A stretch of DNA of 64,000 nucleotides, taken from assembly GCA_013239625.1 (NCBI GenBank), contig MU057202.1, positions 2,493,101 through 2,557,100 on the forward strand, in the 5' to 3' direction. A model generated the notes under the pieces. It was given only the letters and a program-made list of their open reading frames with translations. It ran no database searches and had not been told where the DNA came from. The stretch's first letter is position 1, and each line of letters begins with the position of its first letter. The translations under genes were made by a program, and so were the position numbers. Positions 55,800 through 64,000 of the stretch are shown here, one piece after another. This stretch comes from Lama guanicoe. Its lineage: Eukaryota.

Positions 55800-56466
55800 C
55801 TTTGCAGAAAAATGTAGGGAGCTAGTGGAGGAAATGCTTTGCTTCCCTGAGGTTGTTACTCAGCAGCTGTGCACACGCCCCCCACCCCCGACCTGGCCTG
55901 TATGGTCTCCTCAGGAAAACACAGACCCTGGAGGTGACCAGACAGAAAGGCCCTCCCCATCCAAGGGGCTGCTAGCAGGTGCCAGGTGGGACCAGCTGTC
56001 TCCTGATGCCGTTTACCTGCCAGGAGTGTCTTCCTCCAAGTAACCTCCGGTTTGACCAAGAGAAACTGGGGGCTCCTGCTGGAGGAAAGGCACCAGAATT
56101 CTCCCTCTGGGGCCTGGCACTGCTCAGGATAGCACCACAGTCCTGGATTGGAGATAAGAATTCCCATTTGAAAAGATGGGAGTGAAGAAAAAAAAAAGAA
56201 AAAAAGATGTGTGCTTCATAGTCTATGAGACAGAGACCTAATAGANNNNNNNNNNNNNNNNNNNNNNNNNNNNNNNNNNNNNNNNNNNNNNNNNNNNNNN
56301 NNNNNNNNNNNNNNNNNNNNNNNNNNNNNNNNNNNNNNNNNNNNNNNNNNNNNNNNNNNNNNNNNNNNNNNNNNNNNNNNNNNNNNNNNNNNNNNNNNNN
56401 NNNNNNNNNNNNNNNNNNNNNNNNNNNNNNNNNNNNNNNNNNNNNNNNNNNNNNNNNNNNNNNNNN

Positions 56467-59400
56467 GACATAAAAGAATGGCTCAAAAATGGGAGAATTT
56501 TCCTTCATTCCTAAAAAGAAAATATGTCCAATAGAAGCTGTGAAGATTCTTGAGTACACGAGGTCTTCAGTTTCAGGACCAAAGCCTTTGTCTTTGTGCA
56601 TCTAAGAACTTTCCCACGTGAGGGGCTTGTTCTAACACAGGGACGGACTGGCCAGCGCGCCCCTCCCTCCATTAACAGTGTAGTGATGTTGACCTTCGGG
56701 CTCAACCAGCACAGTGTCGAGTGTTGAATTAAGATACTCACTTTCAGTCAGAACCTCGGGACTTTTCAGTAATTAAGCCTCTTCAGAACCTATGGCTTTA
56801 AGTGTCACCTGCCTCATTCTTTGGGAGTCACCTGCACTTTGGAAAGGACGGCCAACCTGCTCAGGTCCCACAGGCCCATCCCCACCGGGATGGGTGGTCC
56901 AGCTGAGCAGGGTCACGGTTTCCCTTAGAACCTTTAAGACTCTTCAACGTGTAACGCCATCGGTTATCAGTACGTAAAACTAGCAAGGCATCAAGTAAGC
57001 CATCACAGAAGCAGGGAGAGTGACAAAACGACAGGGGGCGAGCAGGGTGTGACCCGACTCGTGCTCGGTGAGTGCTCCCTGGCAACACTGGGGGGGCTGG
57101 ACAAAGGCAAGCCTCGCCAGCCTGGGCTCCACAGGAACGAGCTGCAGCCGTCAGGCAGTTACTGCACCACGGTGCGCCTCCGTACACGTTGTGCAGTGTG
57201 AACGGACTGTGTGGACTCCTGGTGATAAAGGACCTAGAGTTCTAAATAGTGAATTAAAATACTGAACCGACTAACTACTATATTAACAAGCTGACTCCTG
57301 TAGCTTTTTGGAGATTATAGGCGATGCTGGTTTTTAAAATACCCAATCGCGTATCTGCTTTCCAGAAAATAGCTTTCTCTCTACGTGCTAGCTCCCATTT
57401 CCTCAGTGCTCTTTAGCAATTAAAAGTTTTAACATTTATACACCTTCCGATTTTCAATGTTACCATGAAATAAAAATTAGAAAATAAGGTAGAAAACTGG
57501 ATGTTTTGCTTAAAAAACAAAGAGATTAGTGTTTTATCCCAACATTGTATTCTACTTCAATCTGCACATTCCACTCTCTCCATTCTTGGAGATGAAAAAT
57601 GGGGCTAGAAACTTTAAAATATGACAAATTACACAGAGCGGAGTGGCTGTGCCACACCTACCTGCTGCCACAGCGCCTGGAACCTGCCCACAATTTCAAG
57701 AAGATGGGTAAGTAGCTGGAAGGGTCAGTCTGACCTGTGTTTCTAGCTGATGAAGATGTGCTCTAAGGAAATGCCAGATCACCTTTAGGCTTACTGACTG
57801 GTTGCTTTCGGAGAGGAATTTCATCAGAGAGAATACTGCTAACAAATGTTCCCAAGTACGGGATTCACTCGGGAAGAGGTCTCACGGATTGGCAGCTGAA
57901 TGCCGTGTGTCCTGTCTCAGACTCTGAATGGCCTCGCTGGAGGCATCACTCTGCACACGCACTGGCCCAGACAGCTGGGAGCTTCTCCAAGACCTCTGAT
58001 GACTGGAACACAGTCACAGTGTCTGAACTTACTGGCCTCAACTTGAGTGTCATACTTAAAACCAAAGTTTGTTTTAATTTTTTGTTGTATTTGACTCTAA
58101 CCTCTTTCATATTTTTTTATCAAAATAGTTAGAAGGGTAACAGCAGACACTTTCATCCCCCAGTACTGACCACTAAAACCAAAAACCTAAATATGATTTT
58201 TTTTCTTTATGAGACAGTTTTCAACAATTGCACTGTGTTGAAATAGGATTTATTTAAAATATTTCTTTGTTTAAAAAAACCAAAAATTTTAAAAGTTTGG
58301 CTTTCAGCACATATCTAGGCCACTGTAATGGCCTTCAGAAATATTAAAATCGTAAACATCAATGAACACTCCAAGTCTTCCTTAAACACAACACGACAAG
58401 CTCCAGTCTAGTACGCTTTAAGGCAAGGTTGTGTCAGTTCTCATTATCTTGACATTTTGTAGTGTTTATAATTTAAGAGATCAATGTAACAGTCCCCCCA
58501 AAAGCTGCTGTGAGCATCATCATTACTTCAAAACCATATGTAACACTGTGTACCAGGGAGAGAGAGTACAGAGGGCTGTCAATTCTGCATTGCATAGAAA
58601 TGAAACTACTAAAATAAAACTCTACAAAACTCTACTAAAAGCCTTTCATTAAAAAAATGTAGTAACTTTCTGCTTTAGTTCCCATGAAGCCAGGAAACTG
58701 AGCTCACGTCACAACGCCTCAAATTCCACCGCATTCTTGTGAGTTAACACCGATTTTGCACGAGGCTGATTGTCCCATTCCAAGAATGGTCTGAGTATTG
58801 TGATTTTCTTTGTTTAATATTCAACTGGAAAAATCCCTGGGCAAGGCCTTACCAATCACTATTTTAATATGGAAAGCTGTAGCATTTAAAACAGTATTAT
58901 TTGAGCAGAAAATTCCCTTTCGCCTTGAAGCTTTAAGTCCCTAAATTTCAGGCCAAAAGCTCTCACTGCAGTGGGACGAAGCTGAGAGCTGTGTGGTGGG
59001 CTTGACACAACTAGACTTCTGCAGATCCTGTGGCTCTGTCCTGTCGGTGTGGTCTCTTTCAGAGTCTTACCACTTTCTATTGTAGTTTTCCAGGTAATTT
59101 TTAACAGAACTACCTATTGATACACAGTCTAATACAAAAGAAGTTGACAGGAGAAAATTTCAAATCTTTTGCTCATAAATTATAGGACTGTATTAATTGT
59201 TGTTGAAATGTCTGTCTCGAGTGTGAATCCGTTAGCAGTAAGCCTTGGGGTCCTCGGGGAGTCCATGGGAGATAAAAGAACTCACCACTGGGCTAAGGGC
59301 GTGCGGCATCCACCAGAGCCACTCACGAGGCTGTGCTGCTATGTCTCTGCCCGAGCTCCTCTGTGTGGAAGACGACAGGGCTCAAAGCTCTGCAGGGCTG

Positions 59401-60235
59401 GGGAGGAAGGTGTCCTCAAAGCCTTGACAACTAGGGATTCTCTGGGACTTGGACCCTTAGAAATTAAGTTGTTGCGAGTAACTATTTCTATCTAATAACA
59501 TAGTTTAATAAATTTACCTGCAGAAAAAAAATTGAAAACCTGAAACTGCTACAAGTGTTTTAAGGAGGGAAGGAAATACTAAAATCTCTGTTGTGTACTA
59601 ACTCATGTAGCCTGCTGGTGCCAACTCTTTAAAAACGGATTCTGAGTGTCTTGCACTGACTGGTCTCAGGGAGTCTGTCTCCCAGAGCTGCAGAGATTGA
59701 CATCAGTTTACATTCTTCGCAAGTGCAGTCCTTAAGAAGCCCAGAGATTAGTGCCTAACCACTTTAGGAACGAAACGGAACAGAACAGAACAGAACAAAG
59801 GTGACATTTTCCCTCACCAGGGGTGTCAAGAGTCCGACTGCTGGAACTCCACCTGGAAAACTCCGGCCTGCAGCTCTCGATTCCAGCCTCACGTAGCTGC
59901 CCTGGAATTACGTGTGAGCCTAGAAGGACCAATCCTGGCAATGCTCTTCGGGGGACGGGAGGTCTCTGCATTGCGACCAAGAGTGGAGGTGGCCAATTCT
60001 CACCCACAGTGGAGACACCCACTAGGCCAGTCCTGACATCAAGCTCCCATCTAGGATTTGGCAATAAAACTGAGTTTGATGCATTCCTACACTAGGTTTT
60101 CTATCCAGTCTAGTAAAAGTAAAGCACCTTTGGATTAAAAATATTAAGCTCGATAGCAACTAGACTTCTCAGTTTTGTATTTAATTTTCCTTAGGTCTCC
60201 ATGGCTTAATAGTGTTCTGCTGCCAGAGAAAAATA
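56467..60235 (-). other. ZCCHC14: ZCCHC14 long 3'UTR (distal end probably in or near the N gap)
   Basis: Repeat-poor, AT-rich sequence continuing from the stop codon; the exact end cannot be determined. Confidence 0.65.
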
Positions 60236-60291
60236 TCAGTCTGTGGAGTCCAGACTCTCTGCTGGAGGGGCATATTTCAACCTAAAAGTAC
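60236..60291 (-). CDS. ZCCHC14: ZCCHC14 last coding exon
   Basis: CCCCCTCTCCAG|(G)TFRLKYAPPAESLDSTD-TGA; 56 nt. Confidence 0.95.
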
Positions 60292-61368
60292 CTGGAGAGG
60301 GGGGAGAAAAAAGAGATCAAATTTGAATCACTAGAATTACTGCCATGAACTGTCCAAAGTTATTTCCAGAGACACTGGTCAAGACACTGGGTCCGGAAAT
60401 CTAGACCACCTGCTCTAACCACACCCAACTTCCCTCCCCCAACCCCAAACTGGACAATATTTTTTAAGTTTATCAAATCAGACAAGGAGTGAAATGACTG
60501 AAGAGTTCCCACTCCATTTCTTCACTCTTTGGGAGCTCAGACGGCACGCAGCCCCCTTCCCCAGGACAAGGGCAAGGAGGCCTGGCCACCACCACGGGGT
60601 CCGGGGCCCTGGGCTCACCGCGTCAGGAGACGCAGCACAGCTCTATCAGCAGGGGTGGCCACAGCCCATAGTCACCCCACCTGCTGCCTGTTTGTCTGTG
60701 AAGCTCTCCAGGTGACTAAGGGGCACAGGCAGGTCTGGAGCAACCCTCAAGTCTCCAGAAAGCGAGTGACTGACTCTCCACGGTTGCAGCGAGCAGTCAC
60801 AGGCTGGAACCAGCCTGTCCAATGCCAGCTTCATCTTCCCAAGACAGGCAGCAAGAACAAACCTGGTGTAGTCACCACAGCAGACACACACTGGAATCTG
60901 ACTGAAGGAGACAGAGAGGAGGAAAGGGGCAAGAAAGAAGATGCAGCCCAGGGAGCGAGGACACCAAGCAGCCACAGCCACAGCCGCCCTGGACGGCGGG
61001 GACAGAAGCAGGGAGAGCGAGTTCCCTCTGCAGCCTCTGAACTCACGTGCCACGCCCTCGGTTCTCAGGTAAACGCTGGCGATGGCAGTAAATCACCCAC
61101 ACTTGCTCCCCAGTCACGTGGCGCCTCCGCAGCCAGCTGGCCGCGCTCCAGAACGGGGAGCAGGCGGAGGTCGTAAAGACAGTCTCGGAACCAAAGCAGC
61201 CCCGTCGGGGCTGCACAGCCTATCGACAATTTCATGCTTTTGCAGAGAGCATGTGAAAAATCACTGTTTGCTTTAGAAACAAGAAAGCTGACTACCACTT
61301 TCAGTAAAGGATAGCCCTGTCTGCCCTCTCCTCGGGCGCGCCGCACTGCTAGCCTCGGGAGCCTTTAC

Positions 61369-62850
61369 CTTGCCGATTGAAGTCCATGGACGGCTGCTTG
61401 CAGTCCTGAGCGCGGTGACCGGTGGCCCCACAGTTGTAACACGAGAGGTTCCCGCTCTTTTTGTGACTGGAACCATTGCTACTGCCCACCAACCCCTGGG
61501 CCTGGTAGACACCTGCCGCCCCCGCCATGAAGTTCTGCACGGGCGGGACGGCGAAGGCAGACTGGCCGCCCAGCACAGGCTCAGGGCCCACGCCGCTGCC
61601 GTAGGGCGAGTGCACAACCGGGAAGGCGCCGCTGCCATACTGCTGGGCGCCCACGTAGCCGCTGCCGCACACGGGGCTGAAAGGCAGGAACGGGAAGGGG
61701 AAGACGGACGGGCCCGAGAACGGGTGCTGGAAGTAGTTGGCGTAGCTGACGGTCAGGCCGCTAGAGCCGCAGCTCCCGCTGCAGCCGCACGACGTGCAGA
61801 CGACACAGCCGGGCGGCGGGGCGGGCGCGGGCTGCTGGGGCGCTGGCTGCTGCTGATGGTGGTGGTGGTGGTGGTGGTTCTGGGCCGAGGCAGGGATGTT
61901 CCCGGGGGAGCCGCCGCCGCCGCCGCCGCCCCCACCGCCGCTGCTGCTGCTGTAGAAGCTGCTCTCGGGGACAGAGGAGAGCGCGGGGCTGGAGCTGGGG
62001 GCCGGGCAGCTAGGCCCGGGGGCCATGTTTGCGAAGGACGTGGAAGGGTGGCTGCTGGAGGCGGCAGTGTTGCTGTTCGCACAGAAGCTGCCCTGCAGGG
62101 GGCCCACGGGCACACTGCTCACCGCAGAGAAGGCAGCTTTGGTGCTGGCTGTGTACAGGGCAGTCCGGGGGTTGATTATTGCCGGGGGCACACTTATTTG
62201 CACGTTATTAGAACAAGAGGTTTGCCCGGAAATGGCGGAATCCGCAGGGACAGATGAAGACACCAGAAGTTTGATGGGCGGCCGGGCCACGTGGAAGACG
62301 GTGCTCGGCGTGCCCGTGGCGGCGCTGCTGGTCTCCACCACCAGTGCCGGCTGTGGCGCCGGCTTCATCACCCTGTCGAGCGCGGACGCGTGGACAACTT
62401 TGGTGCGGGGACCAAAGGAGACGGTGGGTGACACAGAGCTGCTCTCGGCAAGTCCAGGGAGGACCTGCACAGGCTGATGCGGGGCGGGCGTGGGCAGCAC
62501 ATCCACCATGGCACTGCCGAAGCCCTTGTCCACCTTGACGCCGCTTCTTGGTCCAGAGACTTTATTCCGCTCCTCGAGAGACAGCAGTGAGTGCACAGAG
62601 GACGAGAGCAGCTTCATGTCAGCGCCCCCTCTCTCCGCCTTGTGCACGGAGTTCAGCATCCGGATGGGCGCAATGTGCGAGGCTGCGGGCATCATCTGGG
62701 GAGGCAGCGGGTGGTGGCCTGATGGACTGGACCCTGCCTCGTTCTGCACGGGGAGAACCTGGGCCGTGGGCCTGGCGGAGCTGGACGTGAAATGGTTCAG
62801 AAGCATCACGGGCTTCTCCTTGTCCGGGCCCTCCAAGTGGATCTCCACAC
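61369..62850 (-). CDS. ZCCHC14: ZCCHC14 large penultimate exon (low-complexity region plus CCHC zinc knuckle)
   Basis: CCGACTCTAG|(R)VEIHLE...CYNCGATGHRAQDC (CX2CX4HX4C) ...MDFNRQ G|GTAAAG; 1482 nt. Confidence 0.97.
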
Positions 62851-62931
62851 CTAGAGTCGGAAACAGGGCGTCAGCACACTGCCCGGCTCACCGGGCCGGG
62901 CCACACAGGCAGGCCGCGTGGGCATCCTTAC

Positions 62932-63072
62932 GTCGGTCGTTCTCCTCTGCGCTGTCCGAGCTCTCTTCCCGGGCCTGCACCCCCATCGGGCTGGGTGAGG
63001 AGCTGGAGCACTCCGAGGAGCTGCCTTCCCGGGCCGTCGGGTGAGGGGGCTGCTCCACTTCCACCCGCAGTG
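62932..63072 (-). CDS. ZCCHC14: ZCCHC14 internal exon
   Basis: CCCTTCTCGCAG|(A)LRVEVEQPPHPTAREGSSSECSSSSPSPMGVQAREESSDSAEENDR C|GTAAGG; 141 nt. Confidence 0.95.
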
Positions 63073-63882
63073 CTGCGAGAAGGGACAGGTGACAGTCCAA
63101 AGGTGGCGCCCAAGTCCAGGCGCCTCAGGACGTGGAGGGGGCCATGCAGGCAGCATTGACTGTACCTTCCCCACCCCCTCCAGGCACACCTTTCGCCCTC
63201 ATTTTCACAGCCACCCGAGGAGGCAGGGCGACCCTGCCCTGACTCACACAGGGCCGAGGCTTGCAAGGCTGGCCCTGCGGCAGGTGCACCATGGTGTGCT
63301 CTCGGCCTCCCCAGCAATCGCTGCAGGATAAGAAGGAAGGGCTCCCAGGGCAGCGAGGCGCTACAAAAGCAGCTTGGAGACCCCCGTTCTCTGAGGCCCA
63401 AGGACTTAAGACCTTTTCAGTCAAATAACCACTGAAAAGCTATGCTGACATATTTTTCTTGCCAGTTTACTGTCACTTGTGGTATTTCTAGGGCATAAGG
63501 AAAACAGCTGTCCACGCCACCTCTTCCTGAGGCGAGGAGGAAGGCAGTAAGGACCTCCAGATGGACCCGCCTGCAAGGCAATGACCTCAAATGACCTCCC
63601 TGCACATGCCTCTGGGGGCTGAGATTTTCATCCATTTCCTGTACTTCCTGCTGCTTTGCTTTCAACATAGTCGTTTCTAGATCTAATCTTTTGCCCAGAC
63701 AACCTCAGGCGAGTACCAGTCTCCAGCTTCTAACCCATATATCCCTTCTGTTTTCCAATGGTAGAAGCTACAAAAGCTAAAATAATGAAAAGTAACTGTA
63801 AATACTAGAAAATGGAACTGGAAATAGGGCAGGTCTGACGCTCATCAGCAGGACGGCGGGCCCAGGCGCCCGGCCCACCCAC

Positions 63883-64000
63883 CTGCAGCATGGTTGCTTC
63901 GCACGGTCTGCACCGGCCCCACGTGGCTGGTGGGGGGGACGCGGGCCACTCCACCGCCGCTGGCTGGGGGTGGGGCCGAGGGGTTCAGGCACCGTTTCTC
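63883..64000 (-). CDS. ZCCHC14: ZCCHC14 internal exon, truncated by the window edge
   Basis: EKRCLNPSAPPPASGGGVARVPPTSHVGPVQTVRSNHAA G|GTGGGT, in phase with the next exon. Confidence 0.92.

Noticed and set aside
61200-61320. AT-richer intronic block with a small CATGCT/AGCATG hairpin (possible snoRNA or miRNA)
   Set aside because: No convincing C/D or H/ACA architecture, and no long pre-miRNA stem.
61370-62257. 295-aa plus-strand ORF
   Set aside because: Antisense shadow of the GC-rich ZCCHC14 exon, with no independent gene signals.

Overview
Mammalian genomic DNA, GC-rich and intron-containing, with two N gaps (25483-25558 and 56246-56466). It is probably a camelid, since it carries five copies of a tRNA-derived Vic-1-like SINE and I saw no Alu, Bov-tA or PRE1 copies. 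The window matches the human 16q24.2 block. It holds a CpG-island promoter at the left edge (C16orf95 side by synteny), a complete FBXO31 (minus strand, 9 coding exons, about 530 aa), a complete MAP1LC3B (plus strand, 4 exons, 125 aa) transcribed divergently from FBXO31, and the 3' end of ZCCHC14 (minus strand, last 4 coding exons plus long 3'UTR). Most ORFs in the supplied track are GC-rich noise or exon shadows. The points most worth a second look are: (1) about 12 minus-strand exon-like blocks between the FBXO31 3' end and the left CpG island, resembling a decayed unannotated multi-exon gene; (2) an 87-nt in-frame cassette exon in FBXO31 intron 2 that echoes exon 2; (3) four perfect FOXO elements between FBXO31 and MAP1LC3B; (4) CUGGC pentaloop hairpins in the 3'UTR of ZCCHC14, whose protein binds CNGGN loops. 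Comparisons with human sequences are from memory, and repeat boundaries and subfamilies are approximate by-eye calls.
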